Positions 9,958 through 19,187 of a stretch of 46,631 nucleotides of DNA are shown piece by piece. Each line of letters opens with the position of its first letter. Within the stretch, counting starts at the first letter, position 1. Under the pieces are notes generated by a model. It ran no database searches. It was not told the DNA's origin and worked only from the letters and a program-made list of their open reading frames with translations. Source of the stretch: a virus; IMG/VR virus record IMGVR_UViG_3300045988_051605, positions 1 to 46,631 of that record; one strand, written 5' to 3'. A program made the translations under genes and the position numbers.

Positions 9958-10131
9958 TCAGTCCTCCTGATCCGTCGTACTGTCAATATCAATGATATCA
10001 TCCGCACCACAGCACTTAGGCTGTGTCACGGGCGTATCATCATCAACAGGCTCATACATATCGGGCAACACCGACAGCATGTCCTTAGACTTTTCGCACA
10101 CAATACCCGTGTAGATATTCCGTACTCGCAT
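9958..10131 (-). CDS. Small acidic hypothetical protein, 57 aa (below the ORF-track cutoff)
   Basis: Hand translation MRVRNIYTGIVCEKSKDMLSVLPDMYEPVDDDTPVTQPKCCGADDIIDIDSTTDQED. GGGGGA box upstream. Tight packing between the flanking genes. Confidence 0.5.
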   Translation of the reverse strand: MRVRNIYTGIVCEKSKDMLSVLPDMYEPVDDDTPVTQPKCCGADDIIDIDSTTDQED

Positions 10132-10132
10132 A

Positions 10133-10549
10133 TCAATCCCCCCTATCCAGGTTCACGTAGAAACTCATATGCCGCTGATAAACAGTAGGCCGCAATGTCG
10201 AATCATGATCCGCTGTCGAACCGACAGAAGCCGCAATGTTCACCTCATTCGACCCGTCAATCAACACAGCACCAATAAGCTTCTCTTTCACAACCGACAC
10301 CAGCCGGTCAAGCATCTGCTTATTCTCAGCATACACATCCACATAGAAAGGATGCTCATACACATCCTGCGTACGCCCAGCCATCGACAGGTACGAATTC
10401 AAGTACCTGTTAATCTCGGCACCGCCGTGATATACGATGTACAGAGGCTTCTTCACATCATGAGCAAAAGAATCAAAGACCCCAATATCGCGAATCGACT
10501 TCAGTAACTCAAGACAGGCCGTGTCGAACTCAAGTGTACGATCCCTCAC
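10133..10549 (-). CDS. Tail terminator / head-tail joining protein (assigned by position), 138 aa
   Basis: ORF track; synteny between the gp10-like neck protein and the major tail protein. Confidence 0.5.
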   Translation of the reverse strand: MRDRTLEFDTACLELLKSIRDIGVFDSFAHDVKKPLYIVYHGGAEINRYLNSYLSMAGRTQDVYEHPFYVDVYAENKQMLDRLVSVVKEKLIGAVLIDGSNEVNIAASVGSTADHDSTLRPTVYQRHMSFYVNLDRGD

Positions 10550-11022
10550 TTCAACCTCCCATAAAACTCCTCACGAAAGACCTTTGTCACACGAGGCAAG
10601 TACTTCGCCGGAGTAATACCCTTACCTGCAGAATTCTTCGCCTTGGCACGCAAACCAGATCGCAAGTACCCTGTCGTCCTATTACCCTGTGTACCGTTCT
10701 CCTGCCATGAGTAGTAGGGTTTCTCGCGCGCCCACTTATGCCAACCGATCTCCACGACCTTACCACCCTTAGACGCATCGACACTGAACGTATCGCGCAT
10801 ATAGCCTGTATCGACACGCCGAGGGTCCGTGTCGATCAGCGCCCGGCCATACTCAGTGGAAGCGACAGCAGCAGCCTGAGCGGCCTCATCCACGTGCTTC
10901 CACGCGGCATCGATGATCTTCTTCTTCGCACGCGCAGCCACACCGTGTCGATCAGACGTGACCGTAATCTTGATGCCAGCGACACGCCCATCAAAGCGAA
11001 CAGTCTTTTTAGTTTTGGCCAT
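10546..11022 (-). CDS. HK97 gp10-like neck/tail component, 158 aa
   Basis: Start MAKTKK with RBS caggagacacta then ATG at 11022. DTGYMRDTF and QENGT motifs resemble the HK97 gp10 family. Confidence 0.6.
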   Translation of the reverse strand: MAKTKKTVRFDGRVAGIKITVTSDRHGVAARAKKKIIDAAWKHVDEAAQAAAVASTEYGRALIDTDPRRVDTGYMRDTFSVDASKGGKVVEIGWHKWAREKPYYSWQENGTQGNRTTGYLRSGLRAKAKNSAGKGITPAKYLPRVTKVFREEFYGRLK

Positions 11023-11503
11023 TAGTGTCTCCTGTCTCAAAGTCACACAGCAGCGTCGGCTGCCATGGCAACGAGTCGAACACAGCGTTACGGACAATCA
11101 GCTTCAAGCCATTCTGCCTGGGATCAGCAGGAGACTTGTTAATAACAACACGCATACCCTCTGCAAACGACACACGCATCTCAGGATCACCCCACAGCTG
11201 CCTGTTCACAGTCTCATTCTTGTCGATATGAAGAAGCTGAATACGATACGCGTGCACGCCCGTCACTTCACCCGCCCACTCACGGTTACGAGCACGCCAA
11301 TCAACGTTAGGCGTCACATTCGCCCACCCAACCCAGATAGGCAGGTTCTCCTGGTTATGCAGCCCATGCTCAGGGTCCCACTCATGCTCGACAGAATCCG
11401 GAGTCGAATACACACTGATCTTACTGTTCGTCAGCAACTCCAAAGGATAATGCGCAAGAGTCACAAACAGTGGATGAATATTCGCACTTATCGACAGGGC
11501 CAT
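11009..11503 (-). CDS. Head closure / head-tail adaptor protein, 164 aa
   Basis: Start MALSISAN at 11503 forms a TAATG overlap with the upstream stop. Assigned by synteny. Confidence 0.5.
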   Translation of the reverse strand: MALSISANIHPLFVTLAHYPLELLTNSKISVYSTPDSVEHEWDPEHGLHNQENLPIWVGWANVTPNVDWRARNREWAGEVTGVHAYRIQLLHIDKNETVNRQLWGDPEMRVSFAEGMRVVINKSPADPRQNGLKLIVRNAVFDSLPWQPTLLCDFETGDTNGQN

Positions 11504-11883
11504 TAGAAGTTCACTACCCAATCAACAGGCTCATACGATGGCATCACAACATCGAACGACAGGTTGTTCTCGTCATCTTCCTTCGCCTGCTCCCGCAAAG
11601 TCTTCGCGCGCTTCACAATGGCGTCAAGCAGCTTAGCGCCATCCGTCTGCTTATCATCAGTCTTCAAGACGAGAAGCTGCAATGCCTTATCCATGCCAAT
11701 AGCATCACATGCATCAGCAGCGGCCCGCTTCACATTCCCATTGTTAACAGCAAGGAAGGCAAGAATCTCGTCATCCGTAAACAAATAGCGAGGCTCATTG
11801 CGAAGATCACGCAAGTCCTCCAACTTACGCAAGTCAGGAATAAGAACCCTTACCTGGCCAATAGGAGAAGTGTAGTCAATCAT
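11503..11883 (-). CDS. Head-tail connector (gp6-like adaptor), 126 aa
   Basis: ORF track; first gene after the capsid gene and its hairpin. Confidence 0.5.
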   Translation of the reverse strand: MIDYTSPIGQVRVLIPDLRKLEDLRDLRNEPRYLFTDDEILAFLAVNNGNVKRAAADACDAIGMDKALQLLVLKTDDKQTDGAKLLDAIVKRAKTLREQAKEDDENNLSFDVVMPSYEPVDWVVNF

Positions 11884-11898
11884 GATCTAAGTATAGCT

Positions 11899-11930
11899 GA
11901 ACCCCCTACAGCAAAAGCCATAGGGGGTTC
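11899..11930. terminator. Stem-loop immediately downstream of the major capsid gene
   Basis: 10-bp stem gaacccccta / tagggggttc with a 12-nt loop, placed between the MCP stop (11941) and the next start (11883). Confidence 0.6.
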
Positions 11931-11940
11931 AATCAATCCG

Positions 11941-13083
11941 TCAGGAGTTCAGGCCCGTAGACCCAATCACACCATCATAACGGACCAGGCCCGCACCGGC
12001 AATCTGACGAATACGAACCTCGATGTCGTCGTTGTCGAAGCTGCCCTCATATGGGTTCACATCCCCGCCGCCGAGCATCTGGCCGGTCTTGTTATGGATA
12101 CGAAGCTCAGGAGCCTCACGACCCATCATTCCGGTCTTGGCCAAGACAGTCTTGCCATTGGCGCGACCGCCCTTCGGCAAGAGGACCCAGGCCTTCTCAC
12201 CGCCGACAACCGAGATGAGGTCAGAGGAAAGCACCTCAAGATCCTTCAGCGGGTTCGCCTTGATCTCCGTGCGCTTGCCAACCTGCGTACGAATCTCATT
12301 GATGAGGGTGTAGTTCTTGGCGACCTCGGCCAGAGCCGGGTTGGTCACCAGCACGAAACCCTCGGGGACATACGTGGAGTGGCCATCACGGATGGTCGCA
12401 AGAGCCTGGTAGCGTGCGGCCACAATGGCATCGAACGACAGAGCCGCGTTCTTCACCCCACCGACACCACCAGCACCCGTGCCGCCCGTGAACTCGTCCG
12501 GCACGGTCGTGAAGTCGGCCTTCGTCTTGTTGGCATCATTGAACACGTCCGCACGAAGAGACTTCGTGACCGGATCGAAAATCTGAAGCAGAACCAGCAG
12601 GTCCTCAGTACGCGCAGCAAGCGTCGCTGCATCCTTCGGGAAGCGACTAATCACGTTCCACTCGTCGTTGATGAACGACTCGAACGAGAACTGGATGCGC
12701 GCACCATGCTTAGCAGTGGTGATAAACGCACCTTCTGCCTGGTAGCTCATCGTAGGGTACGGCGTCAGCTCAGGAACATGAGGCAGCGTGCCCGAGGGGT
12801 GCTTGTAGCCGCCATTGTCGATGGGAGCAGTCGTCGTGTCAGGCTTCAGCGACAGGAGCGAAGCAGCGCGGAAGTCCGTCAGCAGCTCCTTGGAGGCAAT
12901 ACTGCCCCACATCGTGTTGTAAGCGTCGAAATACTCTTGAAACTTAACATTCGCAGCCTTCACGAACATGGGCGCGAGTTGGTCCGACGTAATAGCTTCC
13001 TTCAGGCGTGCCTGCGCAAGGCGGCTGCCAGTGAGTGCCTCCGACAGGCAGACATTGAAGTCGTTCTGGTCCTTAAAATGCAT
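11941..13083 (-). CDS. Major capsid protein, 380 aa
   Basis: ORF track; size and position after the scaffold and decoration genes. Followed by a hairpin, as is typical for highly expressed MCP genes. Confidence 0.8.
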   Translation of the reverse strand: MHFKDQNDFNVCLSEALTGSRLAQARLKEAITSDQLAPMFVKAANVKFQEYFDAYNTMWGSIASKELLTDFRAASLLSLKPDTTTAPIDNGGYKHPSGTLPHVPELTPYPTMSYQAEGAFITTAKHGARIQFSFESFINDEWNVISRFPKDAATLAARTEDLLVLLQIFDPVTKSLRADVFNDANKTKADFTTVPDEFTGGTGAGGVGGVKNAALSFDAIVAARYQALATIRDGHSTYVPEGFVLVTNPALAEVAKNYTLINEIRTQVGKRTEIKANPLKDLEVLSSDLISVVGGEKAWVLLPKGGRANGKTVLAKTGMMGREAPELRIHNKTGQMLGGGDVNPYEGSFDNDDIEVRIRQIAGAGLVRYDGVIGSTGLNS

Positions 13084-13097
13084 GTTAAAGCCTCCTA

Positions 13098-13571
13098 TCA
13101 GGCGGTCTTCGCAGGTGCGAGAACGACCTGCAGCTTCTGATCGACAGAAGCGGACGACACAGGCTCCTTCAGCCAGCCGATAATGACGTCCGCACCGGTC
13201 TTGACGGTCGTCACAACGGGCTTGGTGCCAGCACCCGTCGCAGCCTTCACGTACACAGGGTCACCGGCCTTGGCATCAGCAGTGACCTTGCCGGTCAGCT
13301 CGAACACACCACCAGCGACACGCACAGAGGCGTAGCCGGGGCCGTTCAGGCCATAGGTCGGAGCAGTCAAGACCTCACCGAGGGTCTTCTCAGGCTCAGC
13401 AGTCGTCGGGCGAACCTTCGACTGAAGAATGCCAGCAATACCGTTCGTCTTATTAATGACAACGACATCACCCGGCTCAAGGTGGGCCTGCGCAGCATCG
13501 ACAGGCAGAGAGAGAGTATCCGAATATTCAAAGATCTGGTTATCCTTGACAACCGGAGCCTTAATGGACAT
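13098..13571 (-). CDS. Head decoration-like protein (DUF2190-like), 157 aa
   Basis: Start MSIKAPVV at 13571. Gly/Val/Thr-rich beta-type sequence directly upstream of the MCP gene. Confidence 0.5.
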   Translation of the reverse strand: MSIKAPVVKDNQIFEYSDTLSLPVDAAQAHLEPGDVVVINKTNGIAGILQSKVRPTTAEPEKTLGEVLTAPTYGLNGPGYASVRVAGGVFELTGKVTADAKAGDPVYVKAATGAGTKPVVTTVKTGADVIIGWLKEPVSSASVDQKLQVVLAPAKTA

Positions 13572-13585
13572 AACAGCCACAGTGA

Positions 13586-14443
13586 TCACCAACCAATCTT
13601 GTTGAACGTGTTGACAGGCTTGTCATCGACCGGCGTGGCCGTCGATGCAGTAGCCTCATGAAGGTAGTGTCGCTCAGCCTCAATAGCCTCATCGACAGCC
13701 TTGCCAGCCTTCATGGCCTCACGCACACGAGTGACAGCCAGCTCAGGCAGACCGGACTCGGCGATCTTCTTGCCCGCTTCGATAGCCGAATCAACATCAA
13801 GAGATGCCTTTTCAGCTGACTCCTCCACCTTTGACTGCTGAATAGAAGCCACAGCGGAATCAAGCTTAGAACCAAGTGCTTCAATAGCAGAAGCAAAAGC
13901 ATCCTTCAGCTCATCGAACTTGGACGAAAGTTCCTTGTCCACAGTTCCCTCCTTAACGTAATTGTTAGTACGATTAGATTCTAGCAGATCAGTAATAGCA
14001 CCACCAGCACCCGGAGTAGTCACAAAGTCAACTGAACGCACTCCAGCAATAGGCGGAACAATCCCATTCTCGCTAATAGGGTCAGCGCACCAGGCATTAA
14101 TGGAAACACCAATATGCTCCCACTTATCCTTGATCAACTCATTGACCCCTGAGAACACCTTACACACAGTGTAGAGTGCACCGTCTTCCCCGACAGTGGC
14201 ATCCTCCAAGAAGACGCCAGCATAGTCACGAATAGAACGCTCCGGGCGCTCCCACTCCTCAGTTTCTGTCGGATGGTCAATGAACATCTCAGTGCCCGCC
14301 TTGAACAAAGGCGCAGACGCAGCCAGGTTCTCGGCAGTGTAGATACCACTCGACCCCTGGCCGGGTACAATAATGCGGATGCGGTACTTTCCATCGCCGA
14401 GAGAATTAGGCTCGGGCGAAAAAGACTCATGCAGCTTATGCAT
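13586..14443 (-). CDS. Capsid scaffolding protein, possibly a protease-scaffold fusion, 285 aa
   Basis: Start MHKLHESF with RBS ataggagtactg then ATG at 14443. The C-terminal half is A/E/K-rich and looks coiled-coil. Lies between portal and capsid genes. Confidence 0.55.
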   Translation of the reverse strand: MHKLHESFSPEPNSLGDGKYRIRIIVPGQGSSGIYTAENLAASAPLFKAGTEMFIDHPTETEEWERPERSIRDYAGVFLEDATVGEDGALYTVCKVFSGVNELIKDKWEHIGVSINAWCADPISENGIVPPIAGVRSVDFVTTPGAGGAITDLLESNRTNNYVKEGTVDKELSSKFDELKDAFASAIEALGSKLDSAVASIQQSKVEESAEKASLDVDSAIEAGKKIAESGLPELAVTRVREAMKAGKAVDEAIEAERHYLHEATASTATPVDDKPVNTFNKIGW

Positions 14444-15776
14444 CAGTACTCCTATTCCTATTGTCGTTTGTACCATCAGACAGGGGCCCGACACCTGTCG
14501 CACGCCCGTCCTTGGTCTCGTCATCACTCTTCGTCGTTGTCGAGTCCTCTTCCTTACCCTCATCGGGAAGTGCAGGCAAATCTTCCAACGGCAAAGACCC
14601 GGCGATCTTCAACAACTGCAGCACACCAGAACGCATCTCAACCTGGTGCAACGCGCCATTCTGATATGCAAGAGTCAAAGACTGAATACGACGATGCGTC
14701 TGATCATTATTGATCGACCCATACTCGATCTGCGCCTTAATGCCGAGAGCCTGCGCAACCTCATTGAGCATGTCGATATGCAACTGACGACGTAGCTCCA
14801 ACGCCTTGAAGGTCGGGTCTTCCAGAGCAGTCTCAGCGCCCTGTCGGCCACCGGCAGAACCATCCGTCAACAGCACCGACAGAGGGATGTCGAGCGCAGC
14901 CGACACCATAGCCGCCAAAGGCGTGCCAGCAGAGAAATCGACACCAGCACCCGCCTTCGTAATCGCCTGAATGTCTTGGCCAGCACCAATCGAGGCAGTG
15001 CCACCAACACCCATACCAGCCATGCGCGCAGTCACGGCCTTCTGCTGATTAGCGTTCACAGACTTCGCCTTGAATGCCAGACGAGACAGTGACTTCTGCA
15101 TCATACGCGCGATTTCCAGATGCTCCTTATACGCCTGAGCGTAATTCAAGGCACCCATCAGATCAGGCTTGCCATAATGCTCCGCCGACAACCTGTTCAC
15201 TGTCACATACACAGCAGTGAGACGACGGTTTACCTTATAGTCCGACGCATTGATTGTCACGCCCGTTCGATCCCACAGCATGTACCACTGAGGGTCACCA
15301 GTAGATGCCGGATTAATGAGCAGTGCAACGACATCCCCAGTGATGTCATCAGTAGCGACACCGCCAAGACGCATCAAAGGAATAGGCATGACAGTCTTAG
15401 CTGCCTTGTCGATCAAATAGATCACGCAACCATCCGTGTTGAACGCCTGCTCATCACGGACCCTCGCCTGCACGCTAAAGCACTGCTTCGCGTTCTCATC
15501 AATCACCTTACGCGCAGGCCTCGTCAAACCTTTGTAGACAACAGGGTCCCCCCACATATAGGCGTTGCGGACGACAAGCCCGCGTTTAACAATCGGATTC
15601 AGCGTGGCCAAGCGACGTGCGCGTGCTGAGTGATCCCGGATCACATCAAGAGTAATCAGGGAATCCGCACCTTCGACAGCAGACAAGGACAACCACCCAA
15701 TGTCCTCCTGTCGAAGCCTTGCAAGGGACTCAGAATAAGCCCCCAAAGCCTCGGTAAGTTTCTGCTCGTACTTCAT
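14436..15776 (-). CDS. Portal protein, 446 aa
   Basis: ORF track; directly downstream of the large terminase gene, with typical size and an acidic C-terminus. Confidence 0.8.
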   Translation of the reverse strand: MKYEQKLTEALGAYSESLARLRQEDIGWLSLSAVEGADSLITLDVIRDHSARARRLATLNPIVKRGLVVRNAYMWGDPVVYKGLTRPARKVIDENAKQCFSVQARVRDEQAFNTDGCVIYLIDKAAKTVMPIPLMRLGGVATDDITGDVVALLINPASTGDPQWYMLWDRTGVTINASDYKVNRRLTAVYVTVNRLSAEHYGKPDLMGALNYAQAYKEHLEIARMMQKSLSRLAFKAKSVNANQQKAVTARMAGMGVGGTASIGAGQDIQAITKAGAGVDFSAGTPLAAMVSAALDIPLSVLLTDGSAGGRQGAETALEDPTFKALELRRQLHIDMLNEVAQALGIKAQIEYGSINNDQTHRRIQSLTLAYQNGALHQVEMRSGVLQLLKIAGSLPLEDLPALPDEGKEEDSTTTKSDDETKDGRATGVGPLSDGTNDNRNRSTDA

Positions 15777-15788
15777 AAACTAAGCCTA

Positions 15789-17732
15789 TCACGCAATAAA
15801 GTAAGCCAATTCATCCTCAAACATAAAGTCCGAGAAGCCCTCAGCACTCAACAAATCATCAGGTGAGAAATACTGGCCTTCTGAATCACCCACCATGATG
15901 GCGTCAATATTCTGATAGGCATAAATGACAGCATCAAGAACGTCAGGAGACTTAATGCCACGCTTACGCATGTTCTCTTTCGACTCAATGAGCAGCGCTG
16001 ACCCGCGGTACTCATATTTGATCGATGCAATCTCGTTATGCAGCTCGTCGTCGTCAGGAAGATACACCCTTCCATCAGCGACAGCCTTGGCAAACTGGTC
16101 GTACATGGCTGCACGGTAGTTGTACCACTTCGTGCTATCACCTGACTTCGCGTTACCGTGAATGCCGACGACGGAAATGGTTGGCGGAACGAAGTTGTAG
16201 ATGCTGTCGAGCACTGATGCACCGACACCGATCGCGTCGATACGAATCTCGACAGCCCCCATCTCCACGGCTAGTTCGCCGACCTTGCGTGCAAGCTCAG
16301 GACCGTTCAAGCCCTGATACCGGCCATGAATCCTGATGTAGCCGCCCTGGTTCGACACGATCACGGAACTGTCGGAGCCATAGCGGGCCACATCGACACC
16401 AATCGTGATCGGCATGCCCTCATCCGGCTCGGAGGTGCCGTAGGCTTCCATGGACTGCATGACGCGCCCCATGTTGAACAGGCCGTCGTCAGACACGTCA
16501 GGGAACTCGCCAAGGACACGTGCGACAAAGCGGGGGTCATCCTCGCCCCATTCCTTCTTACGCGCCTCAACCCAGTCAACCTGCACAAGACGAGTCGCAA
16601 CTTCGACGGGTACGACTTCGCCCGTGAAGTTAGGTGTGTCGTATGCTCCGAACTGGATGATGTTCCACGAGCGTTCCTCTGGCTTCAGGCGCATCTCGCG
16701 CTTGTAGACCTCGGCCATGTAGCACGAGGGGTCATTGGGGTTAGCAATGGCCAGAATGCGCGCGTACTTGTTCGTCGTGATGGCATCGGCTGCGGTGAAG
16801 ATTTCCTTGGAGATGCCACCCGCCTCGTCCATGATGACGAGGACGTACTGGTCGTGGACACCCTGGAAGCCGGACTCGTCCTTATCGTCCGGCTTCATAC
16901 CGAAGGCGATAGGGTCTTGTCGGCCATCCATCTTCCATGTTGCGTCGGCGTTAACCTTGCCACCAATGTCAGCGACAGCCTTGACACGGGGTATTTCTTT
17001 CCACAGGACATTACGGACCTGCTTCCAGTTCGTCGCCGTCGTGACGACCGTCGTGTCATCAACAGGATGCGTGTCTACCCACCAGTTGACGAGGGTGGCA
17101 GAGAGTCGGCTGTTGTGTGTCGGAATGCACCACTGGCTCACCTGGTACAGATGGCGGGGTGAATCAACCTCGATGCACTGTGTTGGTTCTGTCGGCACAT
17201 CCTGAATGGCTACGACACACCAGTGTCCTGGCTCGTTGTTGGCCTTAGGGATGCGGTCACCGATATGGAGGTCGCGAGTCTCGACAATGATCGTGTCGTC
17301 CCAGGTGGTCTTTCCGTAGACGAGGAAGTCTGCTGAGCGGATGACTGCCCATTCATGGGCCAGTGGGCAGATAACCTCAGCACCGTCATTGAACACCACC
17401 TTAACCAGTGGAATATTCCACACAGGTGATTTAGCAACAACCTTCGTAGGCTTACCACGCTCGTCAAGGACATAGTCGCCAACGCGAAGTTCACCCATTG
17501 TCGTCCAGCCAGTAGGAGTAGGCAATGGTTCTGACACTCTGGTGGCCTTGCCTGCCCCGTTGCCCGTGACAACCAGTGTCTTCTGATGCTCGACAACAGA
17601 CTGTGAAACTTCACGCTGCTTAGACCACATGAACAGGCCGTGGTCTTCAGCCCACTTGGCAGGGTTGTTGCGCCACACTTCAAGACGCTGAGCATCAGAG
17701 AACTTGCGTGCGACAGCACCAAAAGGCAGCAT
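15789..17732 (-). CDS. terL: Terminase large subunit precursor carrying an in-frame intein (647 aa; predicted spliced product 502 aa)
   Basis: N-terminal VVTGNGAGK is interrupted; Ser208 would complete the Walker A motif. Downstream features: VLVIMDEAGG (Walker B) and IGVDVARYGSDSS (nuclease Asp). Confidence 0.9.
   Translation of the reverse strand: MLPFGAVARKFSDAQRLEVWRNNPAKWAEDHGLFMWSKQREVSQSVVEHQKTLVVTGNGAGKATRVSEPLPTPTGWTTMGELRVGDYVLDERGKPTKVVAKSPVWNIPLVKVVFNDGAEVICPLAHEWAVIRSADFLVYGKTTWDDTIIVETRDLHIGDRIPKANNEPGHWCVVAIQDVPTEPTQCIEVDSPRHLYQVSQWCIPTHNSRLSATLVNWWVDTHPVDDTTVVTTATNWKQVRNVLWKEIPRVKAVADIGGKVNADATWKMDGRQDPIAFGMKPDDKDESGFQGVHDQYVLVIMDEAGGISKEIFTAADAITTNKYARILAIANPNDPSCYMAEVYKREMRLKPEERSWNIIQFGAYDTPNFTGEVVPVEVATRLVQVDWVEARKKEWGEDDPRFVARVLGEFPDVSDDGLFNMGRVMQSMEAYGTSEPDEGMPITIGVDVARYGSDSSVIVSNQGGYIRIHGRYQGLNGPELARKVGELAVEMGAVEIRIDAIGVGASVLDSIYNFVPPTISVVGIHGNAKSGDSTKWYNYRAAMYDQFAKAVADGRVYLPDDDELHNEIASIKYEYRGSALLIESKENMRKRGIKSPDVLDAVIYAYQNIDAIMVGDSEGQYFSPDDLLSAEGFSDFMFEDELAYFIA
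17112..17546 (-). mobile_element. Class 3 mini-intein (145 aa, residues 63..207 of TerL), no homing endonuclease domain
   Basis: The insert begins with Ala after GAGK and ends THN followed by Ser. Trp128 (block B HEW), Cys186 (block F QCIEVD) and Thr205 (block G) form the WCT triplet. Removing it restores GNGAGKS. Confidence 0.8.
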
Positions 17733-18307
17733 TACTCGCCCTCAACTTCCACAGTAGCTTCAAGCAACGCCGCAGGCTTATTCACAGCCTGAGAGAACCA
17801 GTCAGCCTTGTTCGTCTCCAGGGCGCGCTTCGCCTCAGTGGACAAATGAGGATACACAAGCGCCGTGTACTCTTCGAGCACCTGGTTGGTGAACGACAGC
17901 ATGACTGCTACCTGCTTCTCCTCGATCACCCGAATCTCATGTGTCACGGTCTGTCGCTTCAGGTTGGCAACCTCAGAGATTTCACGCAAGACCGCAAGAA
18001 GACCCTGAATGTTCGCACCCCAATTGCCCTTATCATCAGCAAGACCGAACGTCTCAATCTGCGAGTAGGCCATGTCAACAAGCGCATCAAGACGGTCAAG
18101 CTGCTTGATGCGCATGTTGCGAGGTGAGAGTTCCTGTCGGCTGTCATAATATGCCTGCTCGATAATGAACAGCTCGTCCGACGTAAAGCCTGTCGCCTCA
18201 ATGATCTTGTTACGATCAGCGCCACGCTTCAGCAACGACAAGGCGGCATCTCGCCGTCCCTTCACTCCTGGGTCATCACTCGTCAAAAGCGTCCGAGATT
18301 CGCTCAT
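17732..18307 (-). CDS. terS: Terminase small subunit (by position; start at ATG 18307 uncertain), about 191 aa
   Basis: ORF track 17732..18364. Its stop overlaps the terL start (TAATG). The N-terminal segment RGADRNKIIEATGFTSDELFII looks like an HTH. Confidence 0.55.
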   Translation of the reverse strand: MSESRTLLTSDDPGVKGRRDAALSLLKRGADRNKIIEATGFTSDELFIIEQAYYDSRQELSPRNMRIKQLDRLDALVDMAYSQIETFGLADDKGNWGANIQGLLAVLREISEVANLKRQTVTHEIRVIEEKQVAVMLSFTNQVLEEYTALVYPHLSTEAKRALETNKADWFSQAVNKPAALLEATVEVEGE

Positions 18308-18419
18308 TGAACTCACGAATAACCCCCTCAATAGTCTTCTGGAACTTATGATCCAGGTATGCATACATGCCAGTCATGCCAACAATCAAGCCGACAAACA
18401 CACCAATAAGAAATGACAT
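18276..18419 (-). CDS. Small single-pass membrane protein, 47 aa
   Basis: MSFLIGVFVGLIVGMTGMYAYL... with RBS gaaggaggatta then ATG. TAATG overlap with the upstream stop. Confidence 0.6.
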   Translation of the reverse strand: MSFLIGVFVGLIVGMTGMYAYLDHKFQKTIEGVIREFNERISDAFDE

Positions 18420-18661
18420 TAATCCTCCTTCGGAACAGAAGGCAGGTCCTCTAACCTCACACCAGCCTTCACAGCCGCGACACGCACAGCATATGCATGT
18501 TCCCTCCACAGGAACGCCTGCGTGCGCAACTCAGCTTCGAGATCTTCTCGTGCCTCTTTAATCTCCTGCGCCTTCTCGTAACGCTTGACGCAGAGATCGA
18601 TAATGGTCTTGATGAGAAGTGTTGCACCAGAGCACGCTATCCCAACGATTGCAGTATTCAA
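18419..18661 (-). CDS. Small membrane-anchored protein, 80 aa
   Basis: ORF track; N-terminal hydrophobic segment AIVGIACSGATLLIKTII followed by a charged helical region. Confidence 0.6.
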   Translation of the reverse strand: MNTAIVGIACSGATLLIKTIIDLCVKRYEKAQEIKEAREDLEAELRTQAFLWREHAYAVRVAAVKAGVRLEDLPSVPKED

Positions 18662-18669
18662 TGGTGCTC

Positions 18670-19134
18670 CTAGCTGTTGATGGCCGCCAAGTACTCCTTG
18701 CGGGTCCTTGTGTACTTCTCTTTAGCCTTTTCCAGTTCTGTCTTTGGCAAGACACCGGGACGATACGAGTAAGGCCATACCTGCAAAGCCCTGCCCAGTA
18801 AAAGCAGGCCGATAATTACCGATAAGATAATACCATGCAGAGGCCACCTGACATGGGCCGTTGGCAGCAGCAACTCGTCAATCGAAATCAGCAGCATGCC
18901 AACAACTGCTAACAGCGCCGCAGGGCCTTCTAGCCACCAACTCCCCCTCCACGCGGAAGGCGCACCAAGGATTCCCGACACCAGCATGAAGGCACCCGCC
19001 GTAATAACGACCAATGGCAGGCTGCCTACGCGCAAAAGGAACAGGGTGCCAGTAATAGAGATAAGGCAATAAACCACCACAATAACTGCCGTTACTGCGC
19101 GAGGTTCTTCCATCGTGCTCAATATGTTCTTCAT
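18670..19134 (-). CDS. Integral membrane protein (about 4 TM segments), 154 aa; no SD, possibly leaderless
   Basis: ATG at 19134 (MKNILSTMEEP...). The upstream sequence is TATACT, 6 nt, then ATG. Four hydrophobic segments. Confidence 0.6.
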   Translation of the reverse strand: MKNILSTMEEPRAVTAVIVVVYCLISITGTLFLLRVGSLPLVVITAGAFMLVSGILGAPSAWRGSWWLEGPAALLAVVGMLLISIDELLLPTAHVRWPLHGIILSVIIGLLLLGRALQVWPYSYRPGVLPKTELEKAKEKYTRTRKEYLAAINS

Positions 19135-19145
19135 AGTAATAGTAT

Positions 19146-19183
19146 AAATGACCACCCCACTAAGTAATGTGGGGTGGTCATTT
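19146..19183. terminator. Bidirectional intrinsic terminator after the GDPD gene
   Basis: 11-bp stem tgaccacccca / tggggtggtca extended by A/T pairs, with a 10-nt loop. T-run on both strands. Confidence 0.7.
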
Positions 19184-19187
19184 GAGA

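Noticed and set aside
11470-13140. 556-aa plus-strand ORF
   Set aside because: It is antisense to the connector and major capsid genes. The capsid-side frame has an RBS, synteny and sensible composition; this one does not.
16326-17205. 278-aa and 156-aa plus-strand ORFs
   Set aside because: They are antisense to terL, which has clear ATPase, nuclease and intein motifs.
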